A stretch of 64,000 nt of DNA, taken from the NCBI RefSeq assembly GCF_963921235.1, contig NC_086108.1, positions 40,984,001 through 41,048,000 of the forward strand. Reading direction: 5' to 3'. Each line of letters opens with the position of its first letter. Within the stretch, counting starts at the first letter, position 1. The position numbers and the translations under genes are program-made. Below the pieces are notes generated by a model that was given only the letters and a program-made list of their open reading frames with translations, was not told the origin of the DNA and did not search any database. Shown piece after piece: positions 52,289-64,000 of this stretch. This DNA comes from Mobula hypostoma (lineage: Eukaryota).

Positions 52289-55200
52289 ACCATAAGACTG
52301 TAAGATATAGGAGCAGAAGTAGGCCATTTGGCCCATCAAGACTGCTCCGCCATTCAATAATGGGCTGATCCACTTCATCCATTCATCCCCACTCCCCTGC
52401 TTTCACCCCATACCCTTTGATGCCCTGGTTAATCAAGAACCTATCTATCTCTGCCTTAAATACACCGAACGACTTGGCCTCCACAGCCACTCGTGGCAAC
52501 AGATTCCACCCTCTGACTAAAGTAATTTTTCCGCGTCTCAGCTCTGGAGGGATATCCTTCAAACCTAAATCGTGGCCTCTTGTCCGAGACTCCCCTGCCA
52601 TGGAAAATAACTTTGGCATATCTAATCTGTTCAGGCCTTTTAACATTTGGAATGTTTCTGTGAGATCTCCCCTCATTCTCCTGAACTCCAGGGAATACAG
52701 CCCAAGAGCTGCCAGACGTTCCTCATACGGTAACCCTCTCATTCCTGGAATCATTCTTGTGAATCTTCTCTGAACCCTCTGCAATGTTGGTATATCCTTT
52801 CTAAAATAAAAAGCCCAAAACTGCACACAAAACTCCAAGTGTGGTCTCACAAGTGCCTTATAGACCCTCAACATTACATCCTGGCTCTTATATTCTATAC
52901 TTCTAGAAATAAATGCCAACATTGCATTCGCCTTCTTCGCAACCAACTCCTGCAGGTTAACCTTTAGGATATCTTGCAGAAGGACTCCCAAGTCTCTTTG
53001 CACCTCTGCATTTTGAATTCTCTCCCCATCTAAATAATAGTCTGCCTGTTTATTTCTTCCACCAAAGTGCATGACCATACACTTTCCAACATTGTATTTC
53101 ATTTACCACTTCTTTGCCTATTCCCCTAAACTATCTAAGTCTCTCTGCAGGCTCTCTGTTTCCTCAACACTACCCACTCCTCCACCTATATTTGTATCAT
53201 CGGCAAATTTAGCCACAAATCCTTTAATACTGTAGTCCAAATCAATGATATATATCATAAAAAGTAACGGTCCCAACACTGACCCCTGTGAAATTCCACT
53301 GGAAACCGACAGCCAGCCAGAATAGGATCCCTTTATTCCCATTCTCTGTTTTCTGCAGACCAGCCAATGCTCCACCCATGCAAGTAAATTCACTGTAATT
53401 CCATGGGCTCTTATCTTGCTAAGCAGTCTCATGTGCGACACTTTGTCAAAGGCCTTCTGAAAATACATGTACTCCATGTCTATTGCATCTCCTTTGTCTA
53501 CCCTGCTTGTAATTTCCTCAAAGAATTGCAGTAGGTTAGTCAGGCAGGATCTTCCTTTCAGAAAACCATGTTGGCTTTGGCCTATCTTGTCATGTGCCTC
53601 CAGGTATTCCGTAATCTCATCTCTAACGTTCGATTCCAATAACTTCCCAACCACTGATGTCAGGCTAACAGGTCTATAGTTTCCGTTCTGCTGCCTCCCA
53701 CCCTTCTGAAATAGCAGAGTAACATTTGCAATTTTCCAGTCATCCAGTACAATGCCAGAATCTATCAATTCTTGAAAAATCATTGTTAACGATTCTGCAA
53801 TCTCTCCAGCTACTTCCTTTAGAACCCAAGGGTGCATTCCATCAGGTCCAGGAGGTTTACCCACCCTCAGATCATTAAGCTTCCTGAGCACCTTCTCAGT
53901 CGTAATTTTCACTACACAAACCCCACTTCCCTGACACACTTGAATGTCCAGTATACCGCAGACATCTTCCACTGTGAAGACTGATGCAAAATACAAATTC
54001 AGTTCCTCTGCCATCTCTGCATCTCTCATTACAATAACTCCAGCGTCATTTTGTATTTGTCCTACATCTGCCCTCAACTCTCTTTTACCCTTTATATATA
54101 TGCTTTTAGTATTGTTTTTGATATTAGTTACTAGCTTCCTCTCATAATTCATCTTTCATTCCTAATGACCTTCTTAGTTTCCTTCTGCAAGTTTTTAAAA
54201 GCTCCCCAATCCTCTGTCTTCCCACTAGCTCTGGCTTCCTTGTATGCCTTCTCTTTTGCTTTTACTTTGGCTCTGACTTCACTTGTCAGCCACAGTAGTG
54301 TCCTACTTCCTTTGAAAATTTCTTCTTATTTGGAAAATATATGTCTTGCACTTCCCTCATTTTTCACAGAAACTCCAGCCGTTACTGCTCTGCTGTCCTT
54401 CCTTCAAATGTCCCTTTCCAGTCAACCTTGGCCAGTTCCCCTCTCATGCTATTGTAATTTGCTTTATTCCACTGAAATACTGACACATTAGATTTTATAT
54501 TTTTTCCCTCTCAAATTTCAAAGTGAACTCAATCATATTGTGATCACTGTTCCCTAAGGGTTCCTTAACGTTAAGCTCTCTTATCACCTCTGGCTCATTG
54601 CCCAATCCAGCACAGCCGATCCCCTTGTGGGCTCAACAACAAGCTGTTCTAAAAAGCCATCCCTTAGATATTCTACAAATTCTCTCTCTTGAGGTCCAGT
54701 ACTGGCCTGGTTTTCCCAATCCACTTTCATGTTAAAATCTCGAACGATTATCATGACATTGCCTTTCTGACATGCCTTTTCTATCTCCTGCTGTAATTTG
54801 TAATCCACATCCCAGCTGCTGTTTGGAGGCCTGTATACAACTGCTATTAGAGTCCTTTTACCCTTGCCATTTCTTAACTCAACCCATAGAGAATCTACAC
54901 CTTCTAATCCTATGTTATCTTTTCCAATGATATAATATTATTTCTTATACATAGAGCCACACCACCCCCTCTGCCAACTAACCTATCTTTCCAATACATT
55001 GTGTATCCTTGGACGTTCAGCTCCCAATGGCAGCCATCCTTTAGCAAGTTTCAGAGATGGCCACCATGTCATACTTGCCAATCTGTAGCTGAATTTCAAG
55101 ATCATCCATTTTATTTCTTATGCTACATGCATTCAAATACAACACTCTCAGTCCAGTATTTGTTGCTTTCTGTTTTAATTGCACCACATCACTATTGCCC

Positions 55201-55953
55201 TGTAACTCATGCCTTTGGCTTCGATTGAGCCTCCTCTCCTGCCTGTTCTTTCTATAATCTCTGTTGCATGCTACCTTTGATTTATTTCTGTTTTCCCCTT
55301 CCTCAGCCCTAACACTCCGGTTCCTATCCCCTTGCCAAATCAGTTTAAACCCTTCTCTCAGCCCTATTAAATGTGACCCCTAGGATATTGGACCCGTTTG
55401 GGTTCAGGTGTAACCTGTCCTTTTTGTACAGGTCGCACCTCCCCCAGAAGAGGCCCCAAGATCCAGGAATCTGAAGCCCTGTCACCTACACCAGTCTCTC
55501 GGCCACACATTAATATGCCTGATCATGCTATTCTCGCACTGGCTAGCACATAATACAGGCAGCAATCCTGAGATTACTACCCTAGAAGTCCTGCTTTTAA
55601 GCTTCCTACCTAACTCAGTGAATTCTCTCTTCAGGACCTCCTCCCTTTTTCTACCTATGTCATTGGTACCGATGTTTACCAAGACTTCTGGCTGGTCACC
55701 CTCTCCCTTCAGAATACTCTGCACCCGATCCGAGACATCCTGCACCCTGGCACCTGGGAGGCGACACATCATGCGGGTATCTCTATCAGGCTGACAAAAC
55801 CTCCTGTCTTTTCCCCTCACTATGGAATCCCCTATGACTGTGGCATTTCTCATCTTCCTCTTTCTCTTTTGCACCATGGAACCAGACTCTGTGCCAGAGA
55901 CCCGATTGTCGTGGTCGTCCTCTGTCAGATAATCCCCCTCAACTGTGTCCAAA
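52289..55953 (-). mobile_element. CR1 LINE (ORF1 esterase + ORF2) nested in another CR1
   Basis: ORFs 55482-55952, 53118-54152 ('KFADDT') and 52383-53102; TSD ACGTTAAG at 52281-52288 and 55954-55961. Confidence 0.92.
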
Positions 55954-57480
55954 ACGTTAAGCTACCTAATAAAATCTCAGTTATTACACAACACCCAATC
56001 TAAGATAGCCTTTCGCCTAGTAGGCTCAAGCACAAGCTACTCTAAAAAGCCATCTCCTAGGCATTCAGCAAATTCCCTCTCTTGCGATCCAACATCAATC
56101 TGATTTTCCCAATCCCCTTGCATATTGAAGTCCCCCATTACAATTGTGACATTACCCTTATTACATGCCTTTTCCAGATCCCTTTGCAATCTCAATCCCG
56201 AATTTTAACTACTATTTGGAGGCCTATATATGATTCCCATGATGTTTTTTTAACCTTGCAGTTTCTTAATTCCACCCACATAGATTCAACACTCTCTGAC
56301 CCTATGTCACCTCTTTCTAAAGATGTAATTTCATCTCTTACCAACAGAGCCACACCACACCTATTCCCTCCTGTATGTCCTTTAGATACAGAGTATATCC
56401 TTTGATGTTAAGCATCCAACTATGGCCATCTTCCAGCCACGATTCAGTGATGCCTACAACGTCAACGTCAATTTCTAATTGCACCACAAGTTTGTCCACC
56501 TTATTTCAAATGCTACATGCATTTAAATACAACACCTCCAATCCTGCATTCTTCACCCATTTGAATTTTGCCTCGGTGGTACAATTTAACTCTTTGCTCT
56601 GTCTGCATTTGTTCTCAGTCGTTGGTTTGTCCTTCCTTACATTCATGTTACACCCATCATTTACTCGTAATCTTGCTGGCTCATCCTAGTTCTATCATAG
56701 TGGCACCCAGTCCCCTGCCATATTAGTTTAAAGCATTCCCAACTGCTCTAGTAAACCTGACCGCAAAAATATTGGTCACCCTCGATTCAAGTGCAACCCA
56801 TCCCTTTTGTACAGGTCACACTTGCCCGAGAAGAGGTCCCAGTTATCCAGAAATCTGAATCCCTTCCCCCTGCTCCAATTCTTCACCCACACATTTATCT
56901 GTCACCTCATTCTATTCCTATCCTCACTGTCGCATGACACAGGCAGCAATCCTGAAATTACTACTCTTGAGGTCCCGCTTCTCAGCTTCATTCCTCACTC
57001 CCTGTATTCTGTTTTTAGGACCACCTCCCTTTTTCTATCTATGTCATTGGTACCAATTTGTACCACAACTTCTGGCTGCTCACTGTCCCTTTTTAGGATA
57101 TTGTGGACGGATTCAGAAACATTGCAAACCCCATCACCTGGAGACAAGCTACCATCCGTGGTTGTTTTCTGCATCCATAGAATCACCTATCTGTCCCCCT
57201 GACTATAGAGTCACCTATTACTGCTGCCATCCTCTTCGGTTCCCTATCCAGGCTCAGAGCCAGAGGCACAGCCACTGTTACTTCCACTCAGGTAGGTCCC
57301 CCCCCCCCCAAACCAGTACTCAAAATAGAGTACATATTGTTGAGGGGGTGGCCACATGTGTGGTCTCCACTATCTGAAGTTCTCCCTTCCTTCTCCTGAC
57401 AGTCACCCCCTTATCTGTCTCTGGTAGCCTTGGGGTGACCACCTCCCTGTAGCCTCTGTCTATTACCTCCTCACAAACTT
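55954..57480 (-). mobile_element. Host CR1 5' part (ORF1 esterase + APE); continues at ~51855-52288
   Basis: 'PEVVVQIGTNDIDRK'; downstream piece 'NVKEPLGDSDHNMIEF'. Confidence 0.85.
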
Positions 57481-57654
57481 CCTTTCCCTAACAAGCCTTG
57501 ATGCTCCTCTTATAACCTACATCTTCTAACAAGCTTTTCCTCACCTGTTCTAATAATTTTTTTTTGAAGAGGCTTGGTCACAGTTATTGATTGATTACAT
57601 GCTGCGATGTTTCATTGCACTGAAGTACTGACACAATGTGCTATTGGTTTTTAC

Positions 57655-57990
57655 ACTGTGGGTGGTACAGCTGCTCCTGAACTCCAACAGCCTGGGTTCA
57701 TTTCAGACTTCTTGTGCTGTCTGCGTAGAGTTTGCACGTTCTCTCTAAGGTGACATGCCTGTCTGTCTGGTTGCTCCACTTTCCTCCCATATCCCAAAGA
57801 AGCATGCATTGGTAGGTTAATTTGCAACTGTAAGTTGTTCCTCGCATACAAGTAGAGTCAGGCTGGAGCTGAGAAACTACAGAGAGAATAAAATTGTATT
57901 GGTGTCGGATTTGGTCAAAAGGTGCTTGATGGACAGCTCAAATCAATGGGTTGAAGAGTCTGCTTCTGGGCTGGATGACTGTATGACTCT
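57655..57990 (+). mobile_element. V-SINE, decayed
   Basis: 'gagtttgcacgttctc...gctccactttcctcccatatcccaaaga'; (ATGACT)n tail. Confidence 0.7.
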
Positions 57991-58049
57991 GCAAACAGCA
58001 GACAACATTAAGGCGTGTGCTGGTTGTTGAAGTTCTGCCCAGGAATGTA

Positions 58050-58240
58050 AAGCTTCCAGAGTTAAGGCCCACTGCACTTGGCACTCTGGCACTGAATTGA
58101 GGGAATGATGCATTGTACCTGATGCTATGTTTTAGATGTAACTTTAAACCAAAGTCCTAATTGTTACATAAATGATTCCATGACACTATTTCCCAGAAGA
58201 GCAGGGAAGTTGTCTTCTGATGTGATGGATATTCACTGTC
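58050..58240 (+). mobile_element. Ancient DeuSINE-like fragment
   Basis: 'tagatgtaactttaaaccaaagtcc...gattccatgacactattt..agaagagcaggga' resembles the Deu domain as recalled. Confidence 0.45.
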
Positions 58241-59869
58241 TAGGAGGTCTTATCATTCTTTACCAAGCTCAGCTTTCTAAACACTAGCAGCTGGCACTTC
58301 TGATGATCTAAGGGTTGTTTTTTAAATAAGTTAATCTTCCAACCAATATTATTTTTTTCAGTTTCTTGTTGGAAATAGAAGAAAGCCTTCAGTTCTTAAT
58401 GTAAATGGCAAGCAATTATCAATTTGAAGTTAAAAAGACAGCTTTGCAAACAATCACCGTCTATAGAGCAGACTTGTTGGCTTACAGCACTGGGCTAACT
58501 GCTAAGAGTTACAGTGTAACGTAATGGGTATTTTAATTGGGCTTGTTTGAAACTAGATAACACTGGATAATTTGTTTCATTCAAGGAAGCTTGCAGACCA
58601 GATTGATACTATCATTTAGCACATCAAGTAGCTGATCTGTTAATAGCTGGAAGGTTTGTGTGCTCAGAGAGTCAGCTTCACTCCACAGCATTAACTGTGG
58701 GCACCTGGGATCTCTGTCTCCAGAAGCTTTTAGACAACGTTTGCTAAAAGATACCTGAAAAGAAATCACATGTGTGTGAAGTTACCTAAGTGACAAGGAA
58801 AGAGTATAAGTGTAACTCACGGTATAAGTGTATTCCAGACTTGTTGGGGATGGTCCAAGGACATCAAGTAGAATGACAGAAACATAGGGATGATCTGGAA
58901 TCTGTTCTTCTGCTTTCTATTTTGAGGGCAGACAATTCATTCACCTGCAGCATGCCGGTATTTCTCTCTAGCTTATAGGAACTGTACATGTGTTTTGGAA
59001 ATGGTCTGTAATCTGGAAATCTTTTACAAGACAGAATGTCTCGGCGAGTTTTAAATGTGTTTTAAGAATGTTGTTTGTACTTAAATGAGTGTCGCTAAAA
59101 ATAAATGAACTATGTTAGCTGAAAGTGTCTCCTCCTTGGTAGGGAGGGAGGGAGCCTTCACTCAAATAGTGAGCGTTAACAGCTAAATTCACCAAACAGT
59201 TTATCATATTGCCAATCGGGAACTCACCCCACATTCACCAATGACTACAAAGGTACTTTGACACAGGATACGAAAGGCACGATGTGCAAAAAAGTCACAT
59301 TTCAATTCTTTGTTTTTATTTCCCTGCATCTAGTAATCTGAGATATCAATTTGAAAGGGAAGGTTTGAAAGAAAAAAATTGAATCTTCCAAGGTATTAGA
59401 GGTGGTTGACATTGGATCCATTTCTGTTGTTGATAATTCTGAAATAGGTCTTTTCTCGACTGATGTCCAATGCACTGAGGTAATTCAGCCAGCCACCTGC
59501 CCTCAGTGATGCCATTACACCAGGCAGGTACTTGATGTAATTTAACCCTGGATATCATCCCAAGCCTTTGCCCAGACCATTGATATCAGATCCTTAAAAT
59601 AACCACCATCACCGAGAACAAAGGCAGAAAAAAAACACCCAGGCTAGAGCAGGTTGTGAACCGTCAATTCAGTCACACTGACTGAATGACATCATTCATT
59701 CCGACTTATTTTCTACTGCACTATTTATCACTCAGTAACCATTAAGTTAATTTCCTTCCAAGCCAGGAGCATTGCCATAATACCAGCTGACCAAACTTGC
59801 AGCTGTTTAAAATAAGCGTTTGTCCCTCTCTCAACTACTACTGGTTGGGACTGCAAGGCATCTGACTGC

Positions 59870-60345
59870 AGGTCCCTACAAAGGATGGCAAGGTCTGCTG
59901 AGAGGATCTCAGTCTCTCTTCCACCCATTGCAGATATTTATCAAAAGCATTACGTACACAGGATCCTTAACATTGTCAGTGATCCCTCCCATCCTTCCAA
60001 CAATCTCTTGGAACTGCTACCATCAGGCAGGAGATTCTGTAGCATTAGGACAAGAATTGTAGGATGGGAAAAAGCTTCTTCCCCCAGGATGTAAGACTAC
60101 TGAATCCCTGCCACCACCCAGGTCTCATCATGTATGAAGAGCCGGTAGTATTATACTGTTTACATTTTAATGTGTATTGTATATGCACATAATTAATTTT
60201 TAATTTATTTGTGGCAATATTACATTCTGTTACGTGTTTGAGTTGTATGTACTGTCTCGCGCACCTTGGTCCGGAGGAACGTTGTTTCATTTGGTGGTAT
60301 ACATATGTATGGTTGAATAATGACAAACTGAACTTGAATTTGATC
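59870..60345 (+). mobile_element. Rex1/Babar 3' end
   Basis: 'IVSDPSHPS..LLELLPSGRRF.SIRTR'; (TGAACT)n tail. Confidence 0.8.
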
Positions 60346-61524
60346 TGAAAACTTCATACAAGATTCATTCATAAGCAGAGGGGTTTTTCCCCACTTTAAT
60401 CAACAAAGATGATTAAAGTCATTCAGTACCTTCATCTCTCGGTCCCCTGATCTCAGCTGATGCTAAGGAAATGTTTCTTTTGTTTGGAGTCATGTGACCT
60501 GGTGTGGAGTGTTGGGACACAGGAGCTGCCACTAGGGACTGAGGTGAGGCAATACCTCTTTCTTCACACGGCAGTAAATCCATGCAGCAGACAGCTTTAG
60601 CTACCCAGCTATTATTCAGCACTGAGACTGATAGGGTCTTAAATGTCGAGCAAATCATTGGTTTGCATGGGAAAGGGGCTGAAAGAGTGATAGTGTGGCG
60701 GCGCTGCAGCAGAAGCTGAGATTTCAACCGTGAAGCGCAAGTGACTGAAGTCCTGACACAGGGGAAATACTCATGCTCCTGCTAGAAAGAATTGTCTCCA
60801 GACCAAACAAAATTTGGACTTGCATGACGCCAAACTCCTTGATGTTGTTTAAAATCAATAGCAGCAGTGTGCCAGAAGCACCAATGTTTCCACTGGATTT
60901 CTGCAGGTTTCTATCCCAGTCTACTCCAAAAGGACCTAAGGAAGACCTTGCCCTCAGGGGAACTGTTAGCTGGACTCCCCTTGCCCTGGGCCCGGAAACT
61001 TAGCACCCACGTTTTCTGAGCTGGTGTCTGTGTGCAACAGTTAGAGTTTGTGTTTTGCTTTCCTGCCCACTGAGCCACTGGAATCAGGGCAACTAGAAGA
61101 TCTTGGCAATTGGAGAGGTGAAAGATACCTGGATATAATGATGGTGACGGGAGGGAGGGAAGCAAGAAAGAACTACCATCATACATCCCCTGCACCCTAT
61201 GGATCAGACAAGGTGTGGGATGAGTTAAAAGTGAGTTATGAGGAGGAGGGTATATGAGTTTGCTGTCTTCAGGGGCTTTTATAAAGTGCAGCTTGATAAT
61301 GACTTATGCAGCAACCTTTCCATCAGTGCAGATCACCCAATCCTCCATGGTCATGCCTGCTGCCTTTCACTGCTGACACTGACTTGTGCATCACTTGGTG
61401 AGACACAGAGATGGAGAGAAAGAAATGGAGAAGAACATCTGCCTGGGTGTGCTGGTTCAGTTCCCTTGTGGATGGAAATTGTGAAGTCACAGGAAAGATG
61501 CAAAATGCTGGTAGAGTATTTGAA

Positions 61525-62130
61525 TGATAGGAGAAGTTTGGAGTACAGGAGCAAAAATATCTTGCTACAATTATACAGGGCCTTGGTGAGACCAAAGTTC
61601 TGTTCGCAACCCTGGTCTCTTTGACAAAAGCAGAATACAGAAGCCACAGAGGAGTTCAGAAAAGTTCATGAGACTGATTCCTGGGATGGAGGGTTTGCCA
61701 TCTAAGCAAAGGTTAAATAAACTGTATTTGTACTCACTAGAGTTTAGAGGAATAAGAGAGTATCTTATTGAAATTTACAAAATTCTTCAGCAAGCAGATG
61801 TGGAGAGGATGTTACTCCTAACTGGGGAGTGTAGAGGAACTTGTGACAGGATAAGAGCTTTAATACTAAAGTGAGGAGAAATTTCTGCCCTGAGAAGATG
61901 GTGAACATTGGAATTCTCTTTTACACAGGCCTGTAGAGATCCAATTGCCAAACATACTTAAGGAGGTAGATGGATTTCTAATCACAAGACCTATCAAATG
62001 TTACGGAGCTAGAATGGGAACATGAATTTAATTAGATGATCAGCCACAATTATATTGAAAATACAAGACACTGAATGTTAGTGCAGGCTTGGACAACTGA
62101 ACAGCCCATTTCTACTCCTATTTCTCTTTG
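61525..62130 (+). mobile_element. CR1 3' end, decayed
   Basis: 'LEYRSK..LLQLYRALVRP', 'RLIPGM.GL..RLNKL.LYSLEFR'. Confidence 0.75.
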
Positions 62131-64000
62131 CTTCTAAGGAAATCCTGAGTTCAATTGAAGAAGATTGATAGTAGGTGAATGAGGGAAGGGAGATTAGCTG
62201 AGGAAGCAACAGTTTAACAATGGAATTGGATAACATATTCATTGTCTTTGTCACAATGTGAATATATTAGTAAGCTTGTGGCCACCTCCTGTGGGGCTGG
62301 TGGAGCATTTCCAGCCTCCTGTGGGAAAGGCACAGCCTCAAAATTTACCTACCAGAGTCTCCAGAGTCACCTTATCAGATAATCTGCGCCTCATCTCTTG
62401 TCAACTCTATTCATATATTGCCACACGCCGCTGGCTCCAGTTCAATGGCTTCCACCACCATTGCAACCACACAGCCCTTCTCTCTTAAGATGGCAAGGCT
62501 GACTGCAACCACACAAGCCTGAACTGTCGCAGGCCACTAACAAAAAAAAGTTCCCATGGTTACATGCTAGAGTTGCTGCTAGCCAATCCCTGAAACGGTA
62601 TTAATGAGGTCACACCAGAAATTTTACTTGCACTTTCAGAAGTTTCTCTTATACTGTCATCCAAGTTTTCCAGCACCGCCCAGTCAATCCCCACTTAAGT
62701 CAATTTCAATCTTTGAGCAATGTTTTTGTTGGTTACCTGTAAATAACATTGGAGGGAGAGGAAAGATCTGTTCAAATAACGCTGAGAATTAATCTGTTGT
62801 TTCTCAGCTGGCACATGAGGGTGGTATGCCACAGGGTGGTTCACATTGGTAGACCAAGAGTGGAAACAGGGCATAGGAAGTGGGAATGTGATGTGTTTTC
62901 TGCAATTGCCGGAAATGATCTTGCCTTGCTCAGGAGAGGGGACGCACTTCCCTTTAAACATCCGCTCAGGATGATGCATGGTGCACAAACTTTGAGTGAT
63001 ATCTGACCTCACTACCCACAAGCCCACTTGATTCAAGAGTACCTCTGTCTGATGGCTGTAACAGCACAAGTTGGCTTTTATGTCCAGTAAGCCAGTGTAT
63101 GGAGGGTGTTTGCCCAATTTAAGTCAGGCCTGAACCATCATCTAAATGTTTGCTCTAAAGAGAGCTGTCTGAGACAAAAATACATCTCCGTTACCCTTTT
63201 TGTATTACAACCCTGATATCTTCTTTTCTCCCTACAAAGTTTTATTTTAGTTTTAATTTTAAAGTCCATAAATGTCTCAGTTTGTTCAGTTTTCAACATT
63301 TTATGATAAAGGCCTTGAGTTTCCTGATTTCAATAGAGCCTGTGTGTACTCAGTTAATAAAGCATTAAGGAGATATTTAGATTTGCCGTTTGGTACGTGC
63401 TACTACACAGCTACTAGTATTACTTGATGTATAAAGCAGATTTTTGTGCAGAACTTGACTCAAAGTCAACACAGCAGTTGGACTTTTTCCCCTAAGAGGT
63501 AACTTGAGCTGAGTTTGCCAACCCTCCTGATGAACTTGACCATCGTGCTCCAGTACAGACTACTCCAGGGCAAAGTCATTTGTCTGTGTTTTTTAACACA
63601 ATAACAGATCAGGATACTGCAGCAGAAGGAACAGGCAAGACTGAAAAAGGGGCCAGTTTGCAGAGGGCTGGAACCTGCCTGTTCAACAAGAATAAACATA
63701 ACCCTTGTCCCTGAGAAATTTACCTCAGTTGTGCAAAGCCTAGTCCAGATTTGTTATTTGCACAGTTGGGGAAGACATTCAACAGCTGTGTTTGTCTTGG
63801 CTTCAGGTTCCTGTATTAAGTAGTGAAGCTCAGAACTGTGGCTACGTAATGCTGTTCGAACTTCATGAACTCAGAAGTCAGCATTGATGGGGCATTGTCA
63901 ATTCATGTCACACTAAAGCAAGAGCAAGGCTACTTCTGAATCTTTCTGGCCTTTCTCCTTGCAACCACCCTTTTTGCAAAGTACCTCCTCCCTGCTTGAC

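Noticed and set aside
58581..58753. Possible terminal exon after a strong acceptor; similar weak candidates at 42361-42449 (+), 46983-47120 (+) and 63724-63810 (-)
   Set aside because: No recognisable protein similarity and no consistent strand or phase chain.

Overview
This is eukaryotic, vertebrate-type genomic DNA with no prokaryotic features. The repeat mix (many CR1 LINEs, Rex1/Babar, L2, V-SINEs, Penelope pLTR/hammerhead repeats) suggests a cartilaginous fish, probably a ray; this is an inference. Most of the window is nested retroelement debris, and nearly all ORFs in the supplied track are LINE fragments or their antisense shadows. No host protein-coding gene could be identified; there is one weak candidate exon. 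The most unusual object is a decayed minus-strand endogenous retrovirus at about 16.0-27.7 kb. It has gag with two CCHC knuckles, an in-frame TAG before protease, RT with LPQGFHNSP, tether plus RNase H, integrase and a PBS-like site. It has no recognisable env, and is bracketed by two diverged ~570-bp direct repeats that show a codon-like substitution pattern, possibly an accessory ORF. It is interrupted by a Harbinger element and a 4.8-kb Penelope/CR1 nest. Also present: three solo LTRs with TSDs, a Rex1 with a long open RT ORF, two near-identical inverted CR1 copies, a near full-length CR1, and several decayed ribozyme-like motifs. Element boundaries are by eye unless a TSD is quoted.
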